Positions 9,399 to 20,320 of a DNA stretch of 64,000 nucleotides are shown here, piece after piece. The stretch lies in contig JACJXK010000010.1 of the NCBI GenBank assembly GCA_020636675.1, forward strand, positions 8,583 to 72,582, written 5' to 3'. A program made the position numbers and the translations under genes. Below the pieces are notes generated by a model. That model was not told the origin of the DNA, ran no database searches, and saw nothing but the letters and a program-made list of their open reading frames with translations. This DNA is from Prevotellaceae bacterium. GTDB taxonomy: Bacteria > Bacteroidota > Bacteroidia > Bacteroidales > Paludibacteraceae. The stretch's first letter is position 1. Every line of letters begins with the position of its first letter.

Positions 9399-12065
9399 TT
9401 ATCTCCCTGATTGCGAGATGATAGACCTAATGTTGCTCTTGAGGACCTCATTCTTTGCCAGCTCGTCAATATTGAGGTGTAACCGATATCTCCAATAGTT
9501 GTTCGGGTTGGCAGGGTCGTTTATCCGTTCAGAGAACGTCTCTTTCCAACGTATGTTTCCGTCTATGGATATCCAGTCTTGTATTGGGAGAATAACCCAC
9601 ATGGACGGACAGTTCAGATGCTTCTCTATAATCTGTTGGCAGATCCATGGCTCGCAGAACAGAGGGGCCATGCCGTATTGGTTCAGCTCGTTGTTGAAGA
9701 ATCTCTGCGTACGTGCGCGGTCCTCTTCCCACCACGCCCGCATGGTGCTCATGTCGTGGGTGGATGTGGTGCATACCGACAGATACGGATTTTTTGAGAG
9801 GTCGCCGAACTCTTTGCCCATCTCTTTTGGCATCCTTTGAATCTCGAGACTAAGCATCTCCAGTTCTTTCATGACTTCCGGGACGCAGAAGGGTAGCATT
9901 CCTAAGTCTTCCCCGCAAGAAAGAAGGTTGGTGGCGTTCGTTAGAGAGGGAAGTCGTTTTAGTGCTTGTTCTTTCCAAAATTCGTCTTGTCTTTTGTAAT
10001 AATAGTAATCGTATATTTTACTTAATATTTCCTTCGTTTTTATCTCCTGATGGCGGAATGCGAAACTTTGGTGGGTGGCAATCCTCGGATGGTAATGGTG
10101 CGGTTTCTCGATGTCTTCGATGAAGAGTACCTGACAAGTAAGTATCATCAGTCCTTCCTTTATCCTGACGTCCCTCTCGTTGTCTTTCCCTGCGAATAGT
10201 TCCGTTATCTTGTGTTGGGATTTCACCGATTCCTTTAGCTCGTACCGGTCGTCGACCTTTATGAGATAATTGTCCTTCACATAGGTGGTGTCTTCTCCAA
10301 ACAGAGAGTCCAGATATGCGTCTATAATATAGGGCTGACAGAAGTGCTCGTTGTTGAAGTTTAGTCCGAATTTCTTTATTTCGGTCTCTGTCATTGGCAA
10401 GGAAGGGGAAAACTGGCCTAAAAGACCTATTGTCTGGTCGGTCGGTATTCTGAAGATTCTAAAAAAGCCCAAAATATGGTCTATGCGATAAGCGTCAAAA
10501 TATTCGGACATTTTCTCGAAGCGGAGTTTCCACCAACGGTATCCGTCTTTTTCCATCTCTTTCCAATTATAGATAGGAAATCCCCAGTTTTGACCTGTTC
10601 TGGAAAAATCGTCAGGCGGTGCGCCTGCTTGTCCGTTGCAGTCGAATAGGTTTGGATACATCCATGTCTCCACGCTGTGGCGGTTCACTCCGATTGGAAT
10701 GTCTCCTTTTATGGACACACCTATGCTGTGTGCATACTCTATGGCCTCCTTCAGTTGCTTATGCAGGTGGTATTGTATGAAAATGTGAAATCCCAGTTCG
10801 TTTTTATCCTTGCTCTTCTTCTCGAAATATTTGGAGACCTTCTCTTTGGCGTATATGCTGTCTTTCTTCCATTGTGAGAAGTCTGAAGTTCCAAATTTGT
10901 CTCTCAGTAGGCAGAATACGGCGTATGGCTTTAGCCAATATTCATTTTCTTTGTAGAAGGATAAGAAATGCTCGTCTTGGAAGGTGCTTTTCTTCTGCTT
11001 GTCATACAGTTCTTTCAAAAATTCGAATTTGTACTTGATCGTGTTTCCGTAGTCCACGAACTTATGCGAATTGAGCTCTTCTTTTTCCGTCTCGTATTTC
11101 TGGACGTCGTCTATTTCCCCTATCTTTTCCAACGAGATGTAGATGGGGTGTAACGCAAATACGGAGATGGCGCTGTATGGATAGGAATCTTTCCATGTCT
11201 TCGTAATCGAAGTGTCGTTGATGGGAAGTGTCTGTATGATTTTTTGTCCGCAAGAAGAGACCCAATCGGCCATTTCTTTCAGGTCGGAGAACTCGCCGCA
11301 ACCAAAGCTACTTTGTGTCCGTAGTGAAAAAACAGGGACCGAAGTGCCTGCTCCTTTGAAATCTGGCTGGTTGAATCTTGGCTCGTTGTCGTTTATGATG
11401 ATGGCGTCGATGATGTGTGTCAGGGTGGGGTTTATGTATCTGTTTGATCCCTCCTCCCAGCAAATCACGGTTTCATTTTTCTTGTCGAATATGACGTATT
11501 TGTATTCGAGTGGAAAGTTTATTTTGCTGGCGTCAGCTATGTGTGTGTAGTTGGGGTAGCGGCTGCCGTCCATCTCGACCATGTCCGCTTCCACCCATGT
11601 GCCTAAAATGGCGGTGTCTCCGCTAATGGCTAGACTGTAATTTCTGTCTATCTTGTCCGATTGAGTGTTGAATATGATGGGTATGTGCGTGTCGTCGATC
11701 CGATTGCTTATGTGGGAATGGTTGCGAAGTGCATTGGCAAATACGGCAGACCTCATTGCTTTGGATATCACCCTGTTTTCGGAAAAAGTGTCGAATACCA
11801 GCGGACTCTTTATTCTGCTGTTTGGCAACTGAAATGGTCGTGATAGAGGTTGCTCCGTTTTGACTAATTCGCCATCCCTTTTTACGAGATAATAGTATTG
11901 GAAGTCGGATGTGGGTGTGTTGATGGTGATTTTCCATCCTGAGTTCCGATATGCCATGGGCAAAGGATTCCCCTCCCGATCTTTTAGTTCGTCAATGTCT
12001 CCTGTTATATATACGTTCTCACCGAGAAGAGTGTCGCACCGAAGTGTAAATGTTATAGATATCAT
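9399..12065 (-). CDS. malQ: 4-alpha-glucanotransferase (amylomaltase, GH77) with N-terminal CBM20-like starch-binding module
   Basis: Intact 888-aa ORF. The N-terminus (ITFTLRCDTLLGENVYITGDIDELKD) is CBM20-like. GH77-type segments include DYFDAYRIDHILGFFRIF and LSCGEDLGMLP. Confidence 0.92.
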   Translation of the reverse strand: MISITFTLRCDTLLGENVYITGDIDELKDREGNPLPMAYRNSGWKITINTPTSDFQYYYLVKRDGELVKTEQPLSRPFQLPNSRIKSPLVFDTFSENRVISKAMRSAVFANALRNHSHISNRIDDTHIPIIFNTQSDKIDRNYSLAISGDTAILGTWVEADMVEMDGSRYPNYTHIADASKINFPLEYKYVIFDKKNETVICWEEGSNRYINPTLTHIIDAIIINDNEPRFNQPDFKGAGTSVPVFSLRTQSSFGCGEFSDLKEMADWVSSCGQKIIQTLPINDTSITKTWKDSYPYSAISVFALHPIYISLEKIGEIDDVQKYETEKEELNSHKFVDYGNTIKYKFEFLKELYDKQKKSTFQDEHFLSFYKENEYWLKPYAVFCLLRDKFGTSDFSQWKKDSIYAKEKVSKYFEKKSKDKNELGFHIFIQYHLHKQLKEAIEYAHSIGVSIKGDIPIGVNRHSVETWMYPNLFDCNGQAGAPPDDFSRTGQNWGFPIYNWKEMEKDGYRWWKLRFEKMSEYFDAYRIDHILGFFRIFRIPTDQTIGLLGQFSPSLPMTETEIKKFGLNFNNEHFCQPYIIDAYLDSLFGEDTTYVKDNYLIKVDDRYELKESVKSQHKITELFAGKDNERDVRIKEGLMILTCQVLFIEDIEKPHHYHPRIATHQSFAFRHQEIKTKEILSKIYDYYYYKRQDEFWKEQALKRLPSLTNATNLLSCGEDLGMLPFCVPEVMKELEMLSLEIQRMPKEMGKEFGDLSKNPYLSVCTTSTHDMSTMRAWWEEDRARTQRFFNNELNQYGMAPLFCEPWICQQIIEKHLNCPSMWVILPIQDWISIDGNIRWKETFSERINDPANPNNYWRYRLHLNIDELAKNEVLKSNIRSIISQSGR

Positions 12066-12429
12066 GCTCGTTGTTTTTTTTAATGACGGTCTTTCCCAAA
12101 GATAATAATAAGAATTGACAATAACGAGGGCTCTTATGTGTTTAATTTTGCTTTTCCTGGCCCAAAAGGAGCACAGATTGAATGGTTGTCTGGAATGGAG
12201 AAAAACGGGAGACTATAAAAAACAAATTGCTAAAGGTCAAGGCATCTTTTTTAAGAATCAATCCATCCAATCGGGATGGGTCTGTCGACAGAAAAGGAAG
12301 ACGGGACGACATTCCATAGAATTGCGCCGAGGATTTCCGCTGTCGTATTTTTTTGACATGATTTGTCGGATAAAACAGTTTCTTTTTCAAAAACACCTCA
12401 CCATCATCGGCAGGAGGATGTCTGTAATC

Positions 12430-12465
12430 TTAAAAGAGGGAATCGCTAAAGTTGCGACTCCCTCT
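12430..12465 (-). terminator. Rho-independent terminator after the vWA/DUF3883-like gene
   Basis: A 12-bp stem, 12435-12446 with 12454-12465 (one mismatch), is followed on the minus strand by TTTT. Confidence 0.5.
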
Positions 12466-12476
12466 GTCTTTCATGT

Positions 12477-14081
12477 CTACCCAATGAGAGTGAACATGAC
12501 ACGTTCTGATTTGACTTTCTGGTTTTTCTGGGCATAAGGCCTCACTCTGCCGTTCAGAATCCATCCCATCAGATTGTCTATGATCGTTGTCTTTGGACTT
12601 CCGTTTATGTCGTTGACTAAATAGACCTGGTAGTTGCGGTTGTTTTCCAAACATAGCTCCCACTCCTGTTTGGTGAGGAAGAATGTTTTGCTGGAGTCGA
12701 CTTTGCCTTTGCATGCGATGTAGTACTCTATGTTCTCGTTGTCGAACATAATCTCGAAGTCATAGCCCTTTTCCTGCTTTTCCGTCTTGTTTGTCCAGTT
12801 GACACGGTCGGGATATTTTTTTTGAAGCAGCTGGTAGACAATCTCCTCGCTTTTTTGCGAGGTGCGGTGAATCTTCTCCTTGTCTTCTAATAGAATGACC
12901 TCCTCATCAATCTGCTTAAGTTTGCTAATCTCCTCCTTGTCTGCCTCCTGAACAGACAGAAGTGCTTTTATCTTGTTTTCTTTCTCCGTCACTAGAGATT
13001 CCAACTTTTCGATTTCCGCTTGCGCGTTTCTGTTGATCTCCTTCAACTCTTCTACCTTCTTCAGTGATTCTTTCCCTGCATTCCTCAACTTCTCAATCTC
13101 CTCGTTCTTCTCTTTCTCTTTGTTTAAAAAATCATGGATGGTTTTTATGTTTTCGTTGAGGATGTTGCTTATCTCCGTGTTTTTTGCCTCAATTTGCTTG
13201 ATGGCGTCTGTCTTGTCATCTTCTTTGTTTTCGGATGCGAATAGTTTGGAGTCGATGGGCGCGTTGTCTTCAAAAATGACGACCGTTTTTTTCTGTGTCG
13301 GTTGGGTCATTTCTGCCTTTGGTGTGATTCCGACTTTTGGAGCCTCTGTCTTGATTGCTGTTTGGATGGGTTCCGTGTCCTTTCCCTTCTTTTCTGCCGC
13401 TTCTGTTGTTTGTGTGGATGTTTGCTCCTGTTTTACCTCGGTGGCAAACTCTTCTTTTTTCTCTGGGGTGCTTTCTCCGTTTGTTTTCTCCGCATTAGCA
13501 ACGGAATTCAGAGACTCTTTTCCGTTCAGAATGTCGATGAGAGGTTGTAATGTGGTCTTTGTTGCAAGACGGTCTCCGCTGTTTTCCAACGCAAGATTGC
13601 AAAATACGCCATTGCTTATGTTCGCCACTTTTTGAGCCATCTTCTCTTCAAATCCGGTTAGTCCGAGCCCGATGACGTTTACTTGTATTGATCCGTCTTT
13701 TTTTGATTTCTCCACCTCAAATTCGTAGTTCCCTCCGTCTGTTTCCATTCCGGCTGTGACTAGGATGATTCGTTTCTTATCAGCATCACGTCCTTTCATT
13801 GCGGCTAATGATTTTTGCACTGTGTAGCCGATAGGGGAGCCTCCGTTAGGAATGGGCAGTTTTTCTATCTTTTCGGAAAAATCGTGTTCGTTTGTCAGCC
13901 CCAGATCTATGGAGTTGATGACAATCGGTGACTTTACGATGGAAAGAAATGTCCTCAACCCTATTGGATCCGAGAAATTTAGAAGAGGAATGATTTCGTC
14001 TTTTATGGCTTTCTGCGCGATAGGGAGCTTCTTGCTCATGTTGTCTGAAATGTCAATCAGAAAATCGGTAATTGTACTCAT
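12477..14081 (-). CDS. vWA-like domain / long E,K-rich coiled coil / C-terminal DUF3883-like (PD-(D/E)xK-fold) protein
   Basis: The N-terminus has a vWA-like pattern (FLIDISDNM...RIILVTAGMETDGG). The middle of about 220 aa is E/K/T-rich. The C-terminus (GYDFEIMF...EYYIACKGK...TFFLTKQEWE...NYQVYLV) resembles DUF3883. ATG 14081 (MSTITDF) is preferred; the ORF is open to 14156. Confidence 0.7.
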   Translation of the reverse strand: MSTITDFLIDISDNMSKKLPIAQKAIKDEIIPLLNFSDPIGLRTFLSIVKSPIVINSIDLGLTNEHDFSEKIEKLPIPNGGSPIGYTVQKSLAAMKGRDADKKRIILVTAGMETDGGNYEFEVEKSKKDGSIQVNVIGLGLTGFEEKMAQKVANISNGVFCNLALENSGDRLATKTTLQPLIDILNGKESLNSVANAEKTNGESTPEKKEEFATEVKQEQTSTQTTEAAEKKGKDTEPIQTAIKTEAPKVGITPKAEMTQPTQKKTVVIFEDNAPIDSKLFASENKEDDKTDAIKQIEAKNTEISNILNENIKTIHDFLNKEKEKNEEIEKLRNAGKESLKKVEELKEINRNAQAEIEKLESLVTEKENKIKALLSVQEADKEEISKLKQIDEEVILLEDKEKIHRTSQKSEEIVYQLLQKKYPDRVNWTNKTEKQEKGYDFEIMFDNENIEYYIACKGKVDSSKTFFLTKQEWELCLENNRNYQVYLVNDINGSPKTTIIDNLMGWILNGRVRPYAQKNQKVKSERVMFTLIG

Positions 14082-14241
14082 GCTGTTTGCTTTTTTTGTG
14101 TTTTTTACGTTTAAGGTTGTTTTTTCGCCTCTTAAAAACGTTTTAAAATTACACAAAAAGGGTAGATTGTCAACGCAAACTTGAAGAAGAAAAACATGTT
14201 ATGCAATACAAAAGGGAGGCTTTTCTGATTCCCGAGTTCTG

Positions 14242-15669
14242 TCAATAAGCCTTTTCTTCTCCTCTCAACATATTAACGACGGTAAGTATGATGATTTTCA
14301 AATCCAACCAGAATGTCCAATTCTCTATATACCAGACATCTCGTTTTACGCGGCCTTCCATCTCTTCGATGGTTTTTGTCTCTCCTCTAAATCCAGTTAC
14401 TTGTGCCCAACCTGTGATGCCTGGTTTGGCGTAGTGCCGTACCATGTACTCGTTAATGAGTTCCGAATACATTTGCGTATGTTTCAACATGTGCGGACGA
14501 GGACCCACGATGGACATGTTTCCGATGAATACATTGACGAATTGTGGCATTTCGTCCAAGTTCGTTTTCCGTAAAAATGCGCCTATCCTTGTGATTCTGG
14601 CATCACCTTTGGTGGCTTGTTTCGTGTCTGAGTCTTTGTTGATCCTCATCGTTCTGAATTTCAGACAGGTGAAGTCTTTTCCGTTCTTTCCTGTGCGTAC
14701 CTGTTTGAAAAATATAGGGCCGGAAGACGTTGCCTTTATGATGCTGCCTATGATGACATAAAGGAACGGAAATGCGAAAGTTAGAAAAGAGGCGGAGGCG
14801 AGAATGTCGAAAGTTCTCTTCGCCAGTTTGTTTTGTGGACTGAGAAGAGGCTCGTCCCTAAGAGAAATGATAGGGATGGCATCGGAGACGTCGCCTAAAA
14901 AGGTCAGAGACACCTGCTTTTTTATGAATCGTTTGAAGTCGGGCACGATGAAGCACCTGATCATGTTTTTTTCCGCATATCTAATGATTGGAAGCACTTT
15001 CCTGTCTTCCCCCGCAGGAAGAGCGCAGAAAATCTCGTCGACATCGTTCGTCGCGACAAATTCGTAGACGTCGTTTATTGTCCCTTTTACGAGACTGTCT
15101 GCAACTTTGTAGTCGGATTTGTCCCTGTCGTCGAAGAATCCCAAAAATTTATATCCGTAGAAGGTGTTCATGCTGATGGTCCGGTATAGCTCGTTGGCGA
15201 TGGAGCCGGCGCCGAGAATTATGACCCGTTTGTAGTTGTTTCCCTTGCTTCTGTAATGTTTTAATATGATTCTGGCACAGATGCGCCAAAATGATGTGCT
15301 ACAAAAGAACATGGATATAAATAGAATCCAATAGAGATTGGAAAATATGTCGAAGTCGTTCAGAAAGGTGACAATCATCAGTAACATGAGAGAAAACAGT
15401 ACGCAGGTTTTTGTCACTTTGTTGAGTATGTTCTCAATGTTGACAATCCTTTGGTCCAAAATGATTCCTACGTAAGAAAGACTGATGGTGTAGGAGAGGT
15501 TGATCAATACAAAATAGGATCTTGGTATTGTCCTTATCAATTCGTGGATGTTGTATTCCTTCTCTGATATGGCAAATGTGAAGATGAAGCATGCGTTAAG
15601 GAGTAGGAATTCTCCAAACGCAACTAAATTTTTTATAGTGACAATGTTATGCTCTTTATTTGTTTCCAT
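14242..15669 (-). CDS. Undecaprenyl-phosphate hexose-1-phosphate transferase (WbaP / bacterial sugar transferase family)
   Basis: 475 aa with N-terminal TM helices and a C-terminal sugar-transferase core (KRTFDILASA...GPIFFKQVRTGKNGKDFTCLKFRTM...DEMPQF.NV..G.MS.VGPRP). Confidence 0.9.
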   Translation of the reverse strand: METNKEHNIVTIKNLVAFGEFLLLNACFIFTFAISEKEYNIHELIRTIPRSYFVLINLSYTISLSYVGIILDQRIVNIENILNKVTKTCVLFSLMLLMIVTFLNDFDIFSNLYWILFISMFFCSTSFWRICARIILKHYRSKGNNYKRVIILGAGSIANELYRTISMNTFYGYKFLGFFDDRDKSDYKVADSLVKGTINDVYEFVATNDVDEIFCALPAGEDRKVLPIIRYAEKNMIRCFIVPDFKRFIKKQVSLTFLGDVSDAIPIISLRDEPLLSPQNKLAKRTFDILASASFLTFAFPFLYVIIGSIIKATSSGPIFFKQVRTGKNGKDFTCLKFRTMRINKDSDTKQATKGDARITRIGAFLRKTNLDEMPQFVNVFIGNMSIVGPRPHMLKHTQMYSELINEYMVRHYAKPGITGWAQVTGFRGETKTIEEMEGRVKRDVWYIENWTFWLDLKIIILTVVNMLRGEEKAY

Positions 15670-15810
15670 TCTTTGTTCCTTAGAATCTCATCCTATTTTG
15701 ATATAAATTTACGGAACTGCAAAAATAAAAAAAAAATCTAAGAATCATGGAAAAACTGAATGGAATGAATGCCTGAACTCTTAGTTGGTGGAATGAACGT
15801 ATGCCTGAAA

Positions 15811-15847
15811 AGAGAAAATCCCTGATTGTCAAAATGATAATCAGGGA
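15811..15847 (-). terminator. Rho-independent terminator after the OM beta-barrel gene
   Basis: Stem 15819-15830 pairs with 15836-15847 (one mismatch). The minus strand continues with a T-rich tract (ttttctctttt). Confidence 0.5.
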
Positions 15848-15888
15848 CTTTTGGTGAAATCCTATTTGAAGAAATGTCTCTTATGAAG

Positions 15889-16569
15889 TTAGAATGACCA
15901 TCCTAATCTCAAAGAAGGAACAATGTAAGGTGCGAAGTCAATGGTTGATTCATCAACGTCTGATGTTACTTTTGTGGTTTTCCCGTTGATGGTTGTTTCT
16001 ACTTCTTTGTCTTTGTTGACAGTTCCCTTCAGGCCGATACCGAATTCGATTCCTGCATAAAGATGTTCTGCAAAATAGTAGTTGAATCCGGCAAAAGCGT
16101 TGATGCCAAAAGTATTGAGAGGTTTATTCCCGTTTGTTGTCACCACTTTCGCGTTTTCGCCTTCTATCGTAGTTTTATCTCCTTCGAAAGCGAATAGAAG
16201 TTCGCCGCCGATGTAAGGGGTTAGTCTGCTGGTGCCTTCCATTGCGTAAGAGACTCCAGGAGTCAACGATAATTGTCTTGTGGTAGTTGTGGTTTTGGTT
16301 CCGTCATCTTCGCTTTTTTCGCTGTTAATGCCGAATCCCAGCCCTAGTCTTAGGCTGAATTTGTCGTTGAGGGCATAGATTCCTTTCAATTGTCCACCTT
16401 CGAGAGCAACGGAGTTGCTGGTAGAAAGAGGAGCGTAACAAACTTCAGTGGAGAATGTTCCTGCTTCTGGTTTGTAGCCTTTTGAAGCTGCAGACTCTTG
16501 TTGTTCTTCCTGTGCATGGATGGTGCTTGTTGCAAGCATCGCTAGTGCGATCAAAATGTACTTTTTCAT
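15889..16569 (-). CDS. Outer-membrane beta-barrel protein (porin/OmpW-like), secreted
   Basis: Signal peptide MKKYILIALAMLATSTIHAQ, alternating beta-strand pattern, and a C-terminal aromatic residue (..LRLGWSF). Confidence 0.7.
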   Translation of the reverse strand: MKKYILIALAMLATSTIHAQEEQQESAASKGYKPEAGTFSTEVCYAPLSTSNSVALEGGQLKGIYALNDKFSLRLGLGFGINSEKSEDDGTKTTTTTRQLSLTPGVSYAMEGTSRLTPYIGGELLFAFEGDKTTIEGENAKVVTTNGNKPLNTFGINAFAGFNYYFAEHLYAGIEFGIGLKGTVNKDKEVETTINGKTTKVTSDVDESTIDFAPYIVPSLRLGWSF

Positions 16570-16966
16570 CTTTTTTTTTGTTTTGTATAAGAGTTTAATA
16601 AAAATTGTGCAAAGATACGCTTTGTTTTGAAAAATGAGCTGTTCTTCCTCTCTTTTGTTGTGTTCTGATTTTCTCCTATTTTTTGTCGGTCGGGCACTTG
16701 ATGCTTTGTATGTGTCTGTCTTCTCGTTTTTTCAATTCGAAAAAGAAATGCGACAAATAAATTTTAGTTTTTTATGTAAAAATAGAGGTTATTGTGGTTG
16801 CTACTTCCTTATTTTACTTAATTTTGTGACGGCTAGGAATTGAATAAATAATTAAAGTTTAATTATCGATGGCCTTCCTTACTCTTTCGTGAAAAAGAAA
16901 AAATATTTTTAGAGAATAGAGGCAGGAAACGTCCATTTGAGAGAAATAAATACATTTTTAAAATAT

Positions 16967-19900
16967 ATGGGACTTAATGATTTTTTATCCAAGTTGTTTG
17001 GAAATAAGGCACAACGGGATATGCGGGACATTCAGCCATACGTGCAGAAGATAGAGCTGGTGTATCCATCCGTAAAGGAGTTGTCTAACGACGGTTTGCG
17101 TACTCGTACTCTCGATATCAGAAAAAAGATACAAGTTTATGTCTCTACAGAAAAGAGCCGTATTACCGAATTGAAATCTCAGATTGAAAGTCAGGAAATC
17201 GAAGAGAGAGAAAAAACCTACGAGGAGATTGACAGATTGGAGAAGGTGGTTCTGGATAAATACGAAGAGGTTTTGGAGGAAGTTCTGCCTGAAGTGTTTG
17301 CTATCGTGAAAGATACGGCGCGTCGTTTCTCCGAATCGGAAGAAATAGAGGTGACAGCAACGGATATGGATAGGCAGTTTGCTGCGGAAGGTCGTGATTT
17401 CCTAACTATAGACGGAGACACGGCTGTCTACAAAAACCATTGGCAGGCAGGCGGAAACGATATGGTCTGGAATATGGTCCATTATGATGTCCAACTCTTT
17501 GGCGGCGTGGTTCTTCACAAAGGAAAGATTGCGGAAATGGCTACAGGAGAGGGTAAGACCTTGGTGGCTACTCTGCCCGTGTTTCTGAATGCGCTTACCG
17601 GTAACGGTGTGCATGTGATCACCGTCAACGATTATTTGTCAAGACGTGACTCCGAGTGGATGGGACCTTTGTATATGTTCCACGGATTGACGGTCGATTG
17701 CATCGATAAGCATCAGCCCAACTCTGACGAACGTAGAAAGGCATATTTGGCAGACATCACCTTTGGTACAAATAATGAATTCGGTTTCGACTATTTGCGC
17801 GATAATATGGCAACCGCTCCGTCTGATTTGGTTCAGAGAAAGCACAATTATGCCATTGTGGATGAGGTGGATTCAGTGTTGATTGATGATGCCCGTACTC
17901 CATTGATTATATCTGGTCCTGTACCTAAGGGTGACAATCAACAATACGAGGAGCTTTGCCCTCGTGTGGAAAAGCTGGTGGCTCTCCAACGTGTGATGGC
18001 CACCAATTATCTTACGGAGGCCAAACGGTTACTGAAGTCTGACGATAAAAAAGAACAGGAAGATGGTGCTTTGGCATTGTTCCGCTCATACAAGGCGTTG
18101 CCTAAAAATACGCCGTTGATTAAGTTCTTGAGCGAACAGGGAATGAGGGCTGTTCTGTTGAAGACGGAAGAGTTCTATATGGCGGAGAATAATAAGAATA
18201 TGCATATCGCTACCGATCCTCTTTATTTTGTCATAGATGAGAAGAACCGTAGCATAGAGTTGACGGATAAGGGTATTGATGCACTTACCGGAGCGTCTGA
18301 GGATCCTGAATTTTTCGTATTGCCGGATATGTCTGTGAAAATCGCAGATTTGGAGAACTCTTCCCTCTCAAAAGAAGAGATTCAGCAACAGAAGGATGAA
18401 CTGATGCAGGATTATTCTTCCAAGGCAGAACGAGTACATACGGTCAATCAGCTATTAAAGGCTTATACCTTGTTTACTAAAGATGATGAATATGTCATCG
18501 TGGATAATAAGGTGAAGATAGTCGATGAGCAGACTGGCCGTATTATGGAGGGTCGCCGCTATTCGGACGGATTGCACCAGGCTATCGAGGCAAAGGAACG
18601 TGTGAAGGTGGAGGATGCGACGCAGACGTATGCAACCATCACTTTACAGAACTATTTCAGAATGTACCACAAGTTGTCTGGTATGACCGGTACGGCCGAA
18701 ACGGAAGCTGGCGAGTTCTGGAGCATCTATAAGTTGGATGTAGTGGTTATCCCTACAAACAAGAAGATATCCCGAAACGATATGGAAGATCGTGTTTATC
18801 GCACGAAGAGGGAAAAATACAATGCCGTTATCGAAGAGGTCGTTTCTTTGGTTGGCCAAGGTCGTCCGGTATTGGTGGGAACTACTTCTGTGGAAATTTC
18901 AGAGCTGATCAGTAAAATGCTGACTCTTCGAAAAATCAAACATAATGTATTGAATGCCAAACTGCACCAGAAAGAGGCCGATATCGTAGCCGAGGCAGGA
19001 AAGAACAGTATCGTGACCATTGCAACCAACATGGCAGGTCGTGGTACCGATATCAAACTGTCTGACGAGGTGAAGGCTGCCGGTGGATTGGCTATCATAG
19101 GTACTGAGCGTCATGAGTCTCGCCGCGTTGACAGACAGTTGAGAGGTCGTGCCGGACGTCAGGGCGATCCGGGATCTTCCGTGTTCTTCGTCTCTTTGGA
19201 AGACAATCTGATGCGTCTGTTCGGTTCGGAGAAGATTACGAAAGTGATGGATCGTTTGGGATTCAAGGAAGGTGAGGTTATTGAGCATGGTATGATTTCG
19301 AAGTCTATCGAACGCGCGCAGAAGAAGGTGGAGGAAAATCATTTTGGAGTGCGTAAACGTTTGTTGGAATATGATGACGTGATGAACGCCCAAAGAGAGG
19401 TGATTTATAAGAAGCGTAGGGAGACATTGATGGGCGAACGTATGGGCGTCAATATCATGAATATGATGTATGATTCTATCGTTTCTATTGTCGATACGGC
19501 TAAGAATGAGACGGGATATGCCTCTTTTGAAGAGGAACTGATGCGTGTCGCTTCTATAGATTCCCCTGTTTCGGAAGCAGAATTTGCTTCTATGAAGGAG
19601 GATGCGATTGTAGATAAGGTGTTTGATGCTGCGATGCTGGCCTTCAAACGTAAGACGGAAACTATGACAACAACGGCAATGCCTGTTATCTCGGAGGTGT
19701 TTGATAAGTATAAAGACATGTATGAAAATATCATCATCCCTATCACTGACGGGAAGATGGCATATAGAATGCCTGTCAATCTGAAGGAGGCTCACGATAC
19801 AAACTGCAAATCTATCGTGAAGGTATTTGAGAAGGCAATCTTGCTTCGGGCCATCGACGAAAACTGGAAAGAGCATCTTCGTGAGATGGATGATCTGCGA

Positions 19901-20245
19901 AATTCGGTGCAGAATGCGACGTACGAACAGAAGGATCCTTTGCTTATCTATAAACTGGAGTCGTATAACCTCTTCAAGAAGATGGTAGACGATATGAACC
20001 ATAAGGCTATCTCCGTGTTGATGCGTGCTCAGATCCCTATGCCGGATCGTGCGGAAGAGGCTCCTGAAGAGCGGAGGGTGCAACGCCCTTCCTATACGGA
20101 AAGCCGTTCGGACGCATCCTCTCCGGAGGCTAATCGCCCTCAGAAACCACAGCCAATACATGTGGAGAAGAAAATAGGGCGTAATGATCCTTGTCCTTGT
20201 GGAAGTGGAAAGAAATATAAAAACTGCCACGGAAGAGATTTGTAA
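16967..20245 (+). CDS. secA: Preprotein translocase ATPase SecA
   Basis: Start [19 protein letters not shown]. The Walker A region is [14 protein letters not shown]. It also has the [19 protein letters not shown] motif and the C-terminal zinc motif [14 protein letters not shown]. Confidence 0.97.
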   Translation: MGLNDFLSKLFGNKAQRDMRDIQPYVQKIELVYPSVKELSNDGLRTRTLDIRKKIQVYVSTEKSRITELKSQIESQEIEEREKTYEEIDRLEKVVLDKYEEVLEEVLPEVFAIVKDTARRFSESEEIEVTATDMDRQFAAEGRDFLTIDGDTAVYKNHWQAGGNDMVWNMVHYDVQLFGGVVLHKGKIAEMATGEGKTLVATLPVFLNALTGNGVHVITVNDYLSRRDSEWMGPLYMFHGLTVDCIDKHQPNSDERRKAYLADITFGTNNEFGFDYLRDNMATAPSDLVQRKHNYAIVDEVDSVLIDDARTPLIISGPVPKGDNQQYEELCPRVEKLVALQRVMATNYLTEAKRLLKSDDKKEQEDGALALFRSYKALPKNTPLIKFLSEQGMRAVLLKTEEFYMAENNKNMHIATDPLYFVIDEKNRSIELTDKGIDALTGASEDPEFFVLPDMSVKIADLENSSLSKEEIQQQKDELMQDYSSKAERVHTVNQLLKAYTLFTKDDEYVIVDNKVKIVDEQTGRIMEGRRYSDGLHQAIEAKERVKVEDATQTYATITLQNYFRMYHKLSGMTGTAETEAGEFWSIYKLDVVVIPTNKKISRNDMEDRVYRTKREKYNAVIEEVVSLVGQGRPVLVGTTSVEISELISKMLTLRKIKHNVLNAKLHQKEADIVAEAGKNSIVTIATNMAGRGTDIKLSDEVKAAGGLAIIGTERHESRRVDRQLRGRAGRQGDPGSSVFFVSLEDNLMRLFGSEKITKVMDRLGFKEGEVIEHGMISKSIERAQKKVEENHFGVRKRLLEYDDVMNAQREVIYKKRRETLMGERMGVNIMNMMYDSIVSIVDTAKNETGYASFEEELMRVASIDSPVSEAEFASMKEDAIVDKVFDAAMLAFKRKTETMTTTAMPVISEVFDKYKDMYENIIIPITDGKMAYRMPVNLKEAHDTNCKSIVKVFEKAILLRAIDENWKEHLREMDDLRNSVQNATYEQKDPLLIYKLESYNLFKKMVDDMNHKAISVLMRAQIPMPDRAEEAPEERRVQRPSYTESRSDASSPEANRPQKPQPIHVEKKIGRNDPCPCGSGKKYKNCHGRDL

Positions 20246-20261
20246 ATAACTGATTATATAG

Positions 20262-20300
20262 ACGGACGTATTGGGTTATCATATTACGTCCGTTATTTTT
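20262..20300 (+). terminator. Hairpin plus T run between secA and lgt
   Basis: acggacgta (20262-20270) pairs with tacgtccgt (20285-20293), followed by tattttt. Confidence 0.4.
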
Positions 20301-20320
20301 GAAAAAAAAAAGAAAGAGAT

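Noticed and set aside
12115-12537. 140-aa plus-strand ORF and 84/94-aa minus-strand ORFs in the malQ / vWA-gene spacer
   Set aside because: They have no recognisable family and odd composition. They overlap the terminator hairpin and the 3' end of the vWA-gene ORF. This is more likely non-coding promoter and terminator space.
12973-13635. 220-aa plus-strand ORF rich in Ser/Phe
   Set aside because: It is the antisense reading of the E/K-rich coiled-coil region of the vWA/DUF3883-like gene. It is a low-complexity artefact.
18899-20230. 443-aa ORF on the minus strand
   Set aside because: It lies entirely antisense to secA, whose identity is unambiguous. Its composition is His/Arg/Leu-rich and it has no recognisable motifs, as expected for a shadow ORF.
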